A stretch of DNA of 63,767 nucleotides, the filler included, from Choristocarpus tenellus KU-1152 (taxonomy: Eukaryota; Protista; Phaeophyceae): assembly GCA_964200185.2 (NCBI GenBank). It is 9 parts of 9 records of this genome, joined end to end, with 100 filler letters (N's around TTAATTAATTAA, not from the genome) between each part and the next. Parts side by side here need not be neighbours in the genome. Positions count along the whole stretch, not along the records: positions 30,543 to 41,120 come from CAXNAD020002849.1; positions 41,221 to 43,741 come from CAXNAD020027109.1; positions 43,842 to 46,501 come from CAXNAD020025878.1; positions 46,602 to 52,000 come from CAXNAD020010916.1; 5 more parts are not named here. One strand, given 5' to 3'. A program made the translations under genes and the position numbers. Below are positions 38,109-52,100 of this stretch, piece after piece. Numbering within the stretch: the stretch's first letter is position 1; each line of letters opens with the position of its first letter. The notes under the pieces were generated by a model. That model worked only from the letters and a program-made list of their open reading frames with translations, did not search any database and was not told where the DNA came from.

Positions 38109-41100
38109 ACCTGAGAAAAAAATAGAGCTACCTACTGGACAGTGATTAGAGTGGAAGCATTTAAGAGGATACGACGAGTTTTACCCTGTTTGTCCGTTCG
38201 AGGCTTGACTTCCGATGTTTTTATTATGCCCCTTTTCGGTTTTCTGTGTGAACATAGTTACCTAAAATGTTTATGTTACAGGCGAATAGTGCGAGCATTT
38301 CTTTCTGCGTGCCAAAATGCGCGAACACCATACATACGTAAGAATTCATATAAGAGAAACTTTGAATTGATAAGAGATGCAGAGTAAGATGCGAAATGCA
38401 TACATAACCTTACAGAATAGACGTCAGTTCCTGAAAGTTGCAGAATAAAGATTTATGATTGGAGAATTTACACGGCAATTTGCAGACGTCATTTAACTCT
38501 TTTGGCTGTAGAAAAACGGTAAATGATGTTAATAAAAGGCTGACCTGTTGACCACACGACTCAGTTCTTTGATCCTTACCCTCTTTTGATAAAGCAAAAA
38601 GCAAGACATCGACTGAGCTAAGCATCAACTGACACCATACGCGGTCATCATCAGTGGACCTCTGCATAGCATTGTTTTAAGGTCGTTGGATTTGAGTTGC
38701 ATATCCTGTGGAGGTGAGTTCTGGGGCACGCTGTAACATATAAGACTATGAAAGGTGTGTCAAGAGCAAGTATATTGACCCTTGTTAACAAGGCACGATA
38801 GCCAAAATGAATCAAAATCGCAACATCGGATTTATGATTCCGAACGGACGCGACCCTACCCTCTTAAATGCTTCGGCTCTGATGAATGCATCACCAGTTT
38901 GTTTGCAATATTGATTAGAAGTAGCGCCATGTGTACTGCCCCTGACCAGTGGTCAGGGCTACGTAGGATCTACCTAAAAACGTACCACATACAAATGTAG
39001 TAGTGTAAAATAGTACTTTGAAGCGCCATGTATTAGGTAGCTTATCACACCAAATTATCACCAATTAGTACAGTGTAGTCTTATGGACTCAGACGAACCT
39101 ATGATGGCCTGCAATGAGTTGGAGGGGAAAGGAGGCAAATCATTTCACATAGCCAAGTGATAGTTGGCAAGTTGCAGCAAGGAATGGAGACTTGGTGGGG
39201 GCTTCATCAAACCAGGCATGAACACCTAAAAGGAATATTGGATAGGCTTTCCAGAGTGCCTTTGTAGGGCTGGTATTGCCACCATTGTGAATGTATTTGC
39301 CACAGCACGTTCACAAGCCTCAGACTGTCCTCGAATCTCTGTAATTTTTGTAGCGGCGCAGATATTTCCTGAGGATCTAAATCTTCCTTCTTGTAGAGCA
39401 CACACTTCCAAAGTACGAGCACCATGCTATATTATTATGACACGGACCAAAAAAAACATCTTCCAAGCGCAACTACTGTTGAAATGAACCAGCTGTGAAA
39501 AAACTGAAAAAGAACCCAATAGGGCACCTAATTTGACCCCCATCAGTAGGACGCTGGTCACCAAAGTGCATTTAAACCTTGCAGTCACCGGAGTGTATTG
39601 GAAATATTAACAGCAGCTCATGGTCATATCACTACCAACCTAATCTGCACCTACAAGGCCAAAATTTCGTTGTAGGTTGGAGGCCTCGCTTGTGCAAAAA
39701 ATAATTAAAATTTCAGTAGTACCTCTATAGGTTGGCAGAGTCAAGAAATGCCAATCCGAGGCATTGCACTCAGGAAGAACTTTATCTGTAATATTCTTGC
39801 CAGCTTTTGTACTCTTGCGTTGGATTTTTTTCTTACTCTGGGTTACTATCCATAAGTCCAACACTGCAGGATTCCTGGGTTCCAGTCAGTACCTGTAACT
39901 AAACCAGTATCGAGTCAACCTACCACCAACTGACATTGCTCCTATTTGGAACTTCGTACTGCTCACAACAATCTTTCTACATCCTTGATTGCTTCTTTCC
40001 CCAGAGATATTACTACCTTCACCGTCAAGTGCATCTCTTCATCTTTATGATTCGATATTTCATGCAGCACTAAACTACTTTAGCTTCCAGTAGATATCAC
40101 TTGCTCTGCGTGTGTTGATTAATAACGTTCAATTAAACGTTTGACTAGGAAGAACCTCCAGTTCCTTAAGACGATACCATCCATGTATGACAGGAAGCAG
40201 CTTCGCCTTGTAGCTAACCTAATAGAAACCACACCGCAATTGACTACTCCTTGAAATATTGTGTGAAAGTTGAAATGTACAGTGCATATTTCACATTATT
40301 TGATGACAGGGTAGATCGCATAGACACTGTCAAATGAGATACCACTACGTCTTCCACCAGGGCAGATGGTTAAGCGACTATAATATCTACGCTAGTAGAA
40401 TTGTGTATATTAGTACTACATAATATTTGACAAAATCAGATGCTGCGAATCTACCCAGCATAAACCGTGGCCCATCACCCCAGGAATCACATACTGTCTC
40501 TAACCAGATATCTCAACCCGCGTTTCCCTTCAGCCTGTCCCTAGACCCCTCACCCTCTTTTACTCTATCTTTATCTTGTCATAAGGATCTTGGAAAGTGA
40601 TCAAGCAGGGATTCAATCCTACAACTTTGGGTAGACACGAGCTATCTCCGTGAACATTGGTATTTCATTATCTGACCGAAGCATGGGTTGTGGGATCAAA
40701 TCCTGACTATTATGCTTTCCCATCTACATATGGCCAGAGGATAAGAGTAGGGAGAGGCATTGGTAGTGGGTGCTAGGACGCACAATGACATCAGTGGTTG
40801 AGCTTCAAATACAGCTTGGAGTAGCTATCCAAATATTACAGCAAATAACTAGTGTTATTGAGTGATACGCTAGTGTATGATAGACACGTTTTGTTATCAA
40901 TCAGTATTATTCTACATCGTGCAATATCCAGTAGATATAGGAGAGTAAGCGGATCAAAACGTATGAGTGCACTGTGGTCAAGTAATGCCCCACCGTTCCC
41001 CTTGCAAATCATCAGTCTTGTGTAGAGGCCAAAATCGATGCTGGTATGTTAAGAATATGCTTTTTATTCATGTGTAAAAGAAGATTCTGTAGAAGAAACA

Positions 41101-41120
41101 ATTTATGAATGAAGAGAAGA

Positions 41121-41220
41121 NNNNNNNNNNNNNNNNNNNNNNNNNNNNNNNNNNNNNNNNNNNNTTAATTAATTAANNNNNNNNNNNNNNNNNNNNNNNN
41201 NNNNNNNNNNNNNNNNNNNN
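41121..41220. other. Artificial contig linker 3
   Basis: 44N-TTAATTAATTAA-44N. Confidence 0.97.
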
Positions 41221-41859
41221 ACGCTTGCTCAGGGGACGCACCATCTCCGTGCATGTGATGTTGCCGAGTTTCGAAACTGCGCTTGCCATTCAAGGACGAA
41301 CACTGGACGGAAACCATAGAATAACGGTGCTGAAGAGAAAGTTTGATCCCGAACGCGCTGTCATGATGCGTGTCTACATGGAGTTCAATCAAGCAGAAGA
41401 GAGGCTAATTGCCAACAGTGGGTGATGGAGTGTTGTCGTTGTTCCATGATCGCCTGATGACTATTCTGATCTACCAAGTTGTTACTGAGTTTCCTTTGTT
41501 TGGTTCACTGTCAGTCAGTCCATTGTTGATCTTTTTGCTGTTGATCTTTTTTATCCCTCGTGGTCTTTCTGTCGACAGCAACATGTTGCTCACTACTGCC
41601 TGCCGCGTGTGTCCTGCGACCGCTTCCCACCTACCCCTTGTCCCGTCCGCCCACTGCGATGTGTTACAAGTCCAACAACTTGCCCGAGAAATAGATAAAT
41701 GCAGATCGGCGTATCTGACAGGGTGGGGGTGGGGGGGCAGATAGCAACAAACGATATCTCGGGCACGACTGAGATACTCATACAAAGAGGTTGATCATCA
41801 TATAATGTCAATACTGATATGCGCTTAGTGGTAGCTTCTGTCAGAATAGTATCATCATC

Positions 41860-42575
41860 GCCATCCCAACAAAGTGGACCTGCACCTTCGACACAAATGG
41901 AAGCTGGAGGCTAAAGAGACATGAGATATGGTACGATCAATAATAAACAAGAACTGGAGGTCAAGAAGATACTTTGGGTACCTGGTATGCCATGCCCAAT
42001 ATTGAGCAGTGGGACCCTGGTACAAGATGACGGAGTTAATCAAGGCAATGCAGCCGGAGCTTCAATCCTGAGCCATGAGCCTGAGCCTGAGCCTGAGCCT
42101 GAGCCACAAGAATCTGCCTATGGACCTAGAGCAGTCGTCACAACAATTGTCCCTGAAGGGGGCACGCCCATCGATTGGAGACCCCAAGATTCTTGCTTAC
42201 GGAATGAGAAAAGCAATTGCTGTACCCGCCACTAGGGGAGCAGGACATTAGCAGGAGCAGTAACTAAACCTCCACCAGAAAGGAAAGGAGTAGCTAACCG
42301 TGGGGAGCCTGGGAGCACTCTAGCCGCTGGGACCATAAACTCATGGAAGAGAACACAGAAGGTCAGCGGAAGAGGCGGCCAAGGTACAACTGGTCAACGT
42401 ACGGACCATATTACAACAAGATCCCCTACCAGAGACGAGATCAGGACCAGATGTTTAAACTGTGGACTGATCAAGCATATTGATCCTTATTCTTTTGAAG
42501 GAATATGCTACAACTGTGGAGGTAAAGGAAACCTTCAGATCGTTTGTCGCCAGAGGAGAGCGACACCGTCTTAAC
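41860..42575 (+). mobile_element. Decayed retrotransposon gag remnant with two degenerate zinc knuckles
   Basis: ~42449-42555 translates RCLNCGLIKHIDPYSFEGICYNCGGKGNLQIVCRQR. The upstream frame is broken by stops and contains a (GAGCCT)n repeat at ~42070-42105. Confidence 0.55.
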
Positions 42576-43143
42576 AGGCGGAGGAATTAGCTGAACCAGG
42601 GTTGGAGCCAGAAAAGAAAACCAGAGGAAGCTTGTCAGCAAAGGGCTGCCTGTACAAGACTTGTAAGTCTGGGAAGTAAATGATATCTACTCCAGACCAT
42701 CAAGAACCATCTTCCATATCAGAGGCACCCTGACGAGGAAGGTTGTTAGCAAAGAACTTCACTCAACGAGAGGATGTACAAGACATTCAATTATGATAGG
42801 CTTCAAGCCTGGGGGAGTGAGCGCTACGTCCAAGAAGAGAAACAGCAAAAGGGGGCTGGTTCAAATTTTTAACCGTAAACTAAGCGAGGGATCCTCATGG
42901 GACACGATTGTACATCACTGTGTTGACTAGATGAATGTGATATGTTTGAGTTCAAGCAATCAGTGTTCTTTTACTGCGTTGACAAGATAAATGTGATGTG
43001 TGTGAGAATTGAACCAATCTGACGTCTCTTAATTCCATCTTTCATGGGGAAGTGTTCAGAATGGGAGTGTGTACACTGAGATGTTTTAGGTTTGAGAGTT
43101 CCAGCAACTCTTTCATTGCCTGCACTCTCATGTGGGAGTGTGT

Positions 43144-43478
43144 AAAATAGGACAATAGTGAGGTGTACCTTATTTTGTATATGAGAGATAGTCATTTTGA
43201 TTAAGTCCATGTGATGTAACTAATGAGAAAGTACATGAGAATTATGAATGGAATATGTATAGGTTTTGTTGATTTGAATTCAACTACTTTGATTCAATTG
43301 TTGACTTCTGTAGGAAGAACAAATAATAATAAAAAAGCAATGAGAAGAGATTCCACAAAGGTCAATCTTCTAATTTCAACCGTGCAATCACGTTCAGCAA
43401 AGGGGATCGTGTGAGGCTTCACACCTTCTTATCTTCACTACTAACAAATAGCTTTACCTCCCAAGGTAATTTGCACAG
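43144..43478. repeat. Dispersed repeat; homologous copy at 37325-38108
   Basis: Same two blocks as in 37325-38108, here nearly contiguous. Confidence 0.8.
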
Positions 43479-43741
43479 CTTCTTCTCCTACTTGGTGACG
43501 ATAGCAATAATTGATAAACAATTTAATAATATGGGAAAATATCACCTTTTCTTCTCAGTCAGTTAACCATCCATAATGACGATGAAACACCGCCCCCCTA
43601 AAAACTACTTCGAAGTACTATTTTTTTCTATTACCTCCACCATCGACAGTCAAACGACTCCACCGACTGCACTAATTATTCAAGCAAGCAATCCAACGCA
43701 GGGCATACATGTGCACAACGATCAAACGAAATCATTGCCGC

Positions 43742-43841
43742 NNNNNNNNNNNNNNNNNNNNNNNNNNNNNNNNNNNNNNNNNNNNTTAATTAATTAANNN
43801 NNNNNNNNNNNNNNNNNNNNNNNNNNNNNNNNNNNNNNNNN
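43742..43841. other. Artificial contig linker 4
   Basis: 44N-TTAATTAATTAA-44N. Confidence 0.97.
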
Positions 43842-45049
43842 CAAATGGACAGCCGCCACCCCCTCCCAGATAATTTGAGCCTTGTGTTGAAGGCAGAATT
43901 AATTTTTCCTTCAACACGAATACATTTTCAAGATGATTTGAGACACGAAGGAACAGGGATAAAGTGTGACAGAATTCACTGGTGGATCGATCTTAAGTAG
44001 GATTATGATGAGGGATGCAGTCTACACCCAAAGGAAAAATCAGATGTGAAGCATGTTTCTTCTGGATATGTCATATGGAATAAGTTGTCCTTGAGGTGCA
44101 AGGGGCACTGAGAGTTTATTTTAGGGTTAGAGAGTGGAACCAAAGTTAAAGAGAGGTAACCAGGTTTTGACCGTTTTGCATTTTAAAGCAATTTCCGATC
44201 TTTTGCAATTTACCCATATTCCTATGGATGGAATGCTATATTCGACTTGAGAGGGTTGGTTTCTCTACAATTATCATTTTTTTTACAGAGTAAAGAAAGG
44301 TTCCAACACGCATTTATTTGCAAAAAAAGTCAAATTTTGCACAAATTTTTCAGCATCCTTATAATATAACTCTCAGTACCTCTCGTTCACTTTGAGTCAG
44401 TTGTCAACTGGTCGTGTGGGGCAGAGGGGAATGACCAGTGGATATAGCAGAGACAACAGTGAGTAATGCCAGTGGTGGAAAAACAGTCAGTGGATTATTC
44501 TGCATTTTAAGCACTCAAGAATAGCACCTTTCGACGTTGCCCTTCCATGATCTGGAAATATAGCACGATGACATTGGAATATTAGATCAATGATAAGTAT
44601 ACCATGTTAGATATTCAATGGTCGGTTTATCACATTGTGAATCATGAACTCGAACATTGACATATATGCTGAAACTTGTCAGAAGCGTAGGTACATCAGT
44701 CGTGGAGGAAGGAAGACACTTCTACTTGGGAAAGTTAGATACTTATATTTATGGAAAAGAAGTTGTGTGGAACATGGATGCAGACTGCCTTAACACTAGT
44801 CATATCCCTCTTCTACGTAAGATTCCGAATCCATGTTTGTTCGACAGTCCTCCTAGATTGGCTCTTGTAATTTTGTGTCGATCAAGTCGATACACAGGTC
44901 TGCAGTATGGATGGAGCTTGTGAAGTTGGAGAGGATACCCGTGATGAAACCGATGGGACATACTGGCGGATTTGGTGTTGGAGGCTGGACAGATGGATTA
45001 TTATCTCCAGGAAAAAAATGTTGTACAATACGCTCGTCCACCACCTGGC

Positions 45050-45800
45050 AATCCGTGTTTACAAAGATTCCTGACTATTTGTGGAGAACAAATTGCCTCC
45101 CATCCCTCCAAGATAACCTCATCAAGAAATGATGGTCTTGGTCATGAAATGACCAAATGCGTTTGATTGTCTCGTTTTCCTTGAATTCTTGCGCCATGAA
45201 GGTTTGGAAATGATTCTCAGCATATACAAAGTGGTGTTTCATCTACTACTGGATTGAATAGTATACAAATCGGAATGATATGGAATTGTGTACACACAGG
45301 GCAGGTTTGTTGTGCTCGAAGTACGGGCATAGTTAAAAGTGTCTCCAATGTTCTAAATGAAGTACTATCCCACTTCAGAACTGCTGTGCGGTTGTTGCCA
45401 TTATGAAACAGGTGGAAATCAGCAGACAGGCTCTTCAGACCGAAGGGGAGAGGGAAGAGCCACAGGAGGAATGAATCTTACGAGATACTCTGCAACCTTA
45501 CCATGATGGGATATTTAACTCCAATCCACAGGGCCGGTTGTGGATGGTGAAGCTCATCGAAGGTGTATAGAGGAAATGCCATCAAATATGCCCATACTTT
45601 CGCTTTGATTATTCACTTTATAGCTTTAATGAGGGCATATGGTGGACTGAAGAAAACCACTCGTTCTAAGTGCATGGCCTCATATTGACTGAACAGTACT
45701 TCCTTCGTTCGGAATTAAATGCTACATAACTTTTGCAACCTCCGTTCTCACCCGCAAACAACCCACATGATCAACCTCCAGACAAGGCTTAGTTTTCATA
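45050..45800 (-). mobile_element. Highly decayed IS630/Tc1-type (DDE_3-like) transposase remnant
   Basis: Ordered fragments across frameshifts: CLEVDHGG; AVLKWDSTSF (cf. VIVMDNASFH); CVYTIPYHSDLYTIQ (cf. LYLPPYSPDLNPIE); LDEVILEGWEAICSPQIVRNLC. Confidence 0.45.
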
Positions 45801-46501
45801 TAAATTGGGAGGCATAGAAAGTTTGATATAGCGGGTTTTCATGACTGTGGAGAATCGCCAGTGCAAAGTCGACCAAGTCGCATTTCAAGGGGTTCAAAAA
45901 CCTTGTGAATCTGCAAATGTGGGCGCTTATTGGGATGCCTAGGAGGAAGGTCCCCTGTCATTCGAGTGGCTTGCTTGTCCTGTTTTCGGCAATCAGTCAC
46001 AATTCTTTGGCCCAGAAATCTGTCCGGGGTCAGGATTCAAATAACCTCAATGGAGAACAGCGCTTGTGGCACGATGCCTGAGGTGAGACAGTGCGAGACT
46101 TGGATGCCTCAGGGGATGGTGGTGGCTACTGGAAGGAGTATGGCAGCCAAATAGTCAGGGGTGAAAGCATGGACCTTGTAGGATGCCACAAGGGGTAACG
46201 CATCCTTCGTACAAGTATCCTCAACATTTGGGATGTCCCAATGGTACACCACACATCCTTTTGCAAATGGGCAGGTAAAGTGTTACAGCACTCCAGAAGC
46301 TTACACCCATAGGATGTATAGCTCCAATCCACAGACCTATAAGCGACGCTAATGTTCGTACAAGCCTCCTAGGATACTCCAACATTCAAGAGAGTCCAAC
46401 GTACATCTGGTTAGCTGAACAGGGGGTACACCCTGGTGTAGATCCCCCCCCCCCCCCCCCCCCCCAAAAAAAAAGGGGGGGGAAGGGGGGCAACCAAAGG
46501 G

Positions 46502-46601
46502 NNNNNNNNNNNNNNNNNNNNNNNNNNNNNNNNNNNNNNNNNNNNTTAATTAATTAANNNNNNNNNNNNNNNNNNNNNNNNNNNNNNNNNNNNNNNNNNN
46601 N
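46502..46601. other. Artificial contig linker 5
   Basis: 44N-TTAATTAATTAA-44N. Confidence 0.97.
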
Positions 46602-48735
46602 CGTTCTTCTTTGTCGACTCGGTTAATTTTTTGGTGGATGTGACCTCTCTATCCCTTTCTTGTACAAACCATATCAACTTTTAATAAATATTTTTGACTA
46701 GTGGAAGAAGACGTATGTATTGTATAATACAATATGTAGTGTACCATACATAAGAGCATGACAAAACCGTTACCGGCTCCCCCCAGGGGGGCCCGTCTGT
46801 CCTTGTACCTTTGGCTTGGTTGAGGTCACTTCCAAATCTTAGTGGTGCCCTCCACAAGCACCGAAATATTTTTGACCAAAAATATATCCCATTCGTAGCG
46901 AGGCCCTTCAAAAGTGCCGCCACATTTACAAAATACATATGGGCACTTTCCACGCACCGTTTTGTGTCAAACTCATCCTCCATAGTATGCGCCATCCTCA
47001 ATTTTGGTGATCGGCTGTTATCTGCTATCTGTGTGGCAGTGAAGCATTTCGAGGGTATTTAACACGCAAGGGATGAAAAGCGAAGAGAGGACAAGTATTC
47101 GGTGCATTCTGTTCATGGCAGACATGTAACATGTATCCCTCCGTGATACTGTGTAGACCTGACCCTCCAGGCCTCGCTCATTGATGTTTACTTCACTGAA
47201 GAATTGAAGAGTTTGTGCTCATGCAGGCTCATTTCTAAAAATCTACACGCAGGCTACCATTTTTTTAATCCAACTTCCCACCCATGTATTTCTCCTTTTT
47301 ATCATTCTCTTCTACATCTTCCTCAATCTCTAAGACTAATCTTACCAAAAAAAATTAAGTAAGAGGATACCTCTTCGCAGCTAGTGTGCAATGACTTTAC
47401 TATTCACTTCCCACGCACTAAAAAAATAATGAAGTGACGTATGCACCTCGTATGTAACATGTACAACATAGTGCATGATGAGTGGGATATGAGGTTATTT
47501 TTACGTGAGTGCAATAGTAGTCGCATAAAAATATGCCGTCAGTGGTTGTGTAGCTTCATCCAGATATCCTTTCATGTCTTTCTCTATATGTGCACTATAC
47601 TACCGACAACAACAGAGTAACTGCCCTCTACTGCCTACCACTTATTTCGCCCACTTCATACCCTATTGCGGTAACATGTGCTTATCACACCACTTGCCCA
47701 TCCCCTGAACCCTCCTTCCACACCAAACATGTTGTGGGTATTGTCGCCCACCCACCCTACTGGCACCACGTCACATCAATCGTAAACCTCAACCAATTGA
47801 AGGAGTGTTGCGCAGCAAAACACTACTACAACAAAGGCGACATTATGTATACCCCCATGCCTACTACCAAATCAGTGAGCCGTGGAAGAGTGGTACAAGC
47901 CCTGCAGTATGTGTATTGTGTGTTCGATTTGTGTGCAAACGATAGGAAACACCACCCATCTCTCGCAGACAACCCTACGTTTTTGATGATTGATATACAC
48001 CAATCTCTAGCTCCGTAACAACACATCCACTGGTATAGTAGCCCCACAAAAATTCACAATTTACTCCCTCAATTCATCACCCACTCCTTACGACCACCTG
48101 CCTTCGTTGCTACTCCTCACCCCTTGCACCTGTTGCACAAAATTCTCCTCTCTTACTTCCCCACGCTTGTATATAAACAAATGTGATGAGAGAACTTCAG
48201 AGTAGATGGACAAAAAAAATTGCAACTTGAACTAGATGAAAAAGCTGGCATTCCCTCTTACACACTCTCTAACAGACCAGGCCCTGCCACCAGAAACATG
48301 CAACACAGGGGTAAAACAAATTAAACTAACAAGTAAGCGGCAATAGGCACTGTGCCAAGGGTATATACTCCAGTTTAACCCCAAAAAGACTGAACCAAAA
48401 TCTTTAATCGCTATATATCACTGCGAGACCCTCCCCCATCCTGGATCAATCAGGACCGGTGGGTCAGCCCATTGTGTGCTCGCCACCTGTGTTTGCTCTT
48501 ACTTGATCATCAAAGGAAATACAGTTCACTGCCTTTATCCAAGAGTTTATCACAAGCAACAAGCAATTACCCTCCCTGGCCCAATGTCTACGCTCCAGAC
48601 AAGCATTGTTGCTAGCAAATCATGACTGACGTGGCTGGCAGGCATTGGTGGTAATCTGCAACATTCCATCTCGGAACACAACAAAAAACTCTCCAGGAGA
48701 TGGAGTATTGTTCGTTGCCTTGGACATAGACGTCA

Positions 48736-51208
48736 TCACTCGTACAACCGACTAATCTCCTTTGAAAAACGCGTTGCCACTGCGTCACGTTTTGTCTTGA
48801 GAGTTTGAGTGATGAGACCATTGGAAGTTGTGAACGGTTCAAAAGTCATCACGATACCTGATATCTGTTTTCGGCAAGGGGAACGGAAGGGAGGGTGGGG
48901 GTAATGATCAAAATGCATTCACACATATGCGATCACATTCAAGCGGCCATGAATATGAATCAACATTTCCCAAAATGGAGATATAATGAAACGGTGAATG
49001 GTGCACTATTATAGTTAAGATTCCAGGTCCTGGGCTTAAAAAAGTTTTGTTATCGACTCTGGTTGAGACAGTCCACCATCAAAGCTATGCTCTGCTCAAC
49101 CTGAGTGATTTGAAAGGTGGATGATATAGGAGGGACAAAGGGAAGCGAGGGTATGAACAAAAGTTAAACCGTGTAGAGCTAACAAGCAGAGCCAGTGAAT
49201 ATTTAATTGCAGGTATGATAGCAGAGGTGTAAGGAGAGGGTGATAGGTCCTGTTGAGGCAATTCCTCAAACAAGCCCCAGAAGGCAAAGCGAATGTTCCA
49301 CCAAATGGTCTATACTCTTGGTAGCATTGACAGACTGTAGGTAGAGACAGAAACAGTTTGGTGTTGATGAACTAGAAAACACAAGAGACATAAATAATAC
49401 CAACGAGCTCTGTTTTTACAAGCGTGAGTTTCATTCTCCTATGAAGGGTTTATAATATGATCACAAGAGGTGAGACCAAGGGTTCTTATTTTCATCTTTT
49501 TTGAGTCAACTCTAAAATAAATACCAAAAATAGTTGGTGCACATAGTGAGCCAGGGTATTCATTCCCTTGCCAAATATCTCACGCACGTTTGGTTTTCCA
49601 ACAAATAAGGAAGATTGTGTTCGTCTGTGTTAGGGATGATTGGGGGTTAGGGTTGGCAAAAAACAAACTGTATAATGTGTATGTATCCATATTTTTACAA
49701 TAGTAATAATCTGATCAATTCATCCCGAAATTTGCATGGGTTCATAAGGCAAAGAATCAAAGTATCTTAGAGAGTAGAGCCGGGTCTGTATTGGGGGCAA
49801 AATCTAATGTTGTGATTTTGATGTAATTTTGGCTATCGTTTTTGTTAGGAAGTGTCAGTATCCTTGTTCCGGACACACCTTTTCATAGCCGTATACATTT
49901 TACCTGCTCTGAAACTTTTGGAGTAGGTAAATCGTAAAAAAAAAACTGTGGGAAGCCATGCCCCAAACGGACAAACAGGGCAAAACTCGTACCCTAACCC
50001 TAAGATACTTCCGTTCAAAGGCACCAACTAACTCGGGCTACTCAGCACCAGCTCAACTACTTAAGGGCCCTATGAACTAGGTGTCCAAGTGCCTGTCCAT
50101 ACGAGACAGGATAAGGGTGACAGGATAGTTCTGGAGGGTGGGGTCTGTGCTACACAGTGTACAGACCAACATCACAGACATACAAACCTGTTCCCATGGT
50201 CTGAAGCCATGGCAACACTGCCGAACCCCATTTCCCACAGCCTCTTTCAACCCAGGGGTGGACAGGAGCTCCTGAAGAGCACAGGACAAATCAAAATAGA
50301 GAGGGGCAAGGCAGAGGTAGATGCGATGGAGATGGAGAGGGAGGTGGAGGTTAGGGATGAACACGCTGGTTGGTGGAGGGGGTGGTGGCGGCGGCCACCT
50401 CCGACAAATAAAAGGAAGCATGTAGACCATGTCATTTTGGTACATAATGGCTCGTGATCCTTTTTGTCCTAATTTCTGGTACTTGTAGAAAAACAGCTCA
50501 ATACAACCAACAAGTTTTGGCCGTTCTACAACGTGTATGCCCTGTCATGAACTTCAAGCGTCTTTCTAACATAACGATGCCAGACAAAACTCCAGTATGA
50601 TACTTCAGAGATGCAAAAAAGCACGTAAAATCTCCCAACAAAAGAGGCGTAGTCTTATACACACAAGAAAAACTCCCCTAGCCGATATATATGAAACCAA
50701 GCATCCTTGATCCATCACACAAAAAATCTCAAATACACATAAGTAAACACAAGAGTAACTACTAATCAATTGTTGCATCACTCCTCTATGCACCATCTCA
50801 AGCACGATGCATGATTACAAAACGTTTCAGCAATCAAGACGGACTTCCATTCGCAAAAACAGACGCACAAAAATTGGCGTCCGCAACTCGTGATGACATG
50901 CAGCACACCTTATTGTTATTTATGTCAAGCCCTGTGCTATCTATCCACACAAACATAATGCAACAATAGCGATATCGATATCAATCAATGAACTTCTACA
51001 TCACTTGAACTTCACTGCATGACATCACCACGCTCCCCCCAAGCAAACCTCTAGGTACATATCAACAACAAGAAGGCATTACCGTCTACCACGTCTATAC
51101 AAGGCACAAGTCAACCTTATTGGCAGCTTCAAGCTCTTTTGGACTTCCAGTAGGCCCTGCTGTGAGAGGCATTGGCCCAAGCAGTGCAGAGTACCTCTCT
51201 CCATCCTC
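48736..51208 (-). CDS. Long-chain acyl-CoA synthetase (AMP-binding family), last three exons: 51208-51116, 50271-50188, 48864-48736
   Basis: Spliced C-terminus ...ELLSTPGLKEAV...GFRPWEQISGIVMTFEPFTTSNGLITQTLKTKRDAVATRFSKEISRLYE* matches the LACS/FadD15-type terminal motif (F+..NGLLT.TLK.KR). Phase-0 GT-AG introns. Confidence 0.85.
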
Positions 51209-52000
51209 CTGCAACACGGTTCAAGAGGAGGAAGAAGAGATTCAGGGATAGCGCCCAGGGGAAAGGAAAAGGGAAGCTTCCAAGGCACTATATAAAGTTC
51301 ACTTTCTCCTGCATGAATCATATGAGTTGTGAGGGGTATCCCTACTGGACCCAATAAGGTAGCAACACAAAAAACTCACACACACTCTCTCTCTCTCACA
51401 CACACACACCATTACTTACTACTCCTTTCATCTTTCATACACTAGGAACATTTCTTGGTGCTTGAACAATCTGTTCAAGACCTCGTGTCTCAAGAATTCT
51501 TGCTTCACTTTCTATTTTCTTGTGAAGATCAAGGGGGTACTAATAAAAGAAGTTCGCCATGAGACTCACTCCTAGGAATTTGAAAAGGTTCTTGCCCAGA
51601 CTACCAAAGCACTCACACACAGTCACATGCACACAAACACAGTCAACATCTGTGTGTGAGTGGGATCATTCCACCACAGGGATTTATGACTATCAGTGGT
51701 TGGTTTGGTCTACAGCCTCGAGAACAGTAATGTTCTGATATCCACGGATGACAGTGGAACAAAAACCCCCAACCAAGTGCGGTACTCAAATCAGCGTTAC
51801 AAGGCTGTGTGTGATTGGTTCAGTTCGTGGTATGGAATGACTATTAAAACAAATTTAGACAATATAGCAAGATTGTACCCTAACCCTAACTAATCACAGT
51901 AAATGTGTAATACACTACACTGACCATTTCAAATCGAGAGAAGAGAAGGAGATTCTTCAATTTATTAGTTAAAACACTCGACCTGAAATAATGGAGGGGG

Positions 52001-52100
52001 NNNNNNNNNNNNNNNNNNNNNNNNNNNNNNNNNNNNNNNNNNNNTTAATTAATTAANNNNNNNNNNNNNNNNNNNNNNNNNNNNNNNNNNNNNNNNNNNN
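52001..52100. other. Artificial contig linker 6
   Basis: 44N-TTAATTAATTAA-44N. Confidence 0.97.

Noticed and set aside
40600-40712. Two inverted B-box-like segments (tRNA or SINE)
   Set aside because: No cloverleaf can be formed and similarity is too short; at most decayed SINE heads.
43842-46501. Endogenous giant-virus or Polinton fragment
   Set aside because: No capsid, polymerase or ATPase motif found; the only interpretable motifs fit a decayed IS630/Tc1 transposase.
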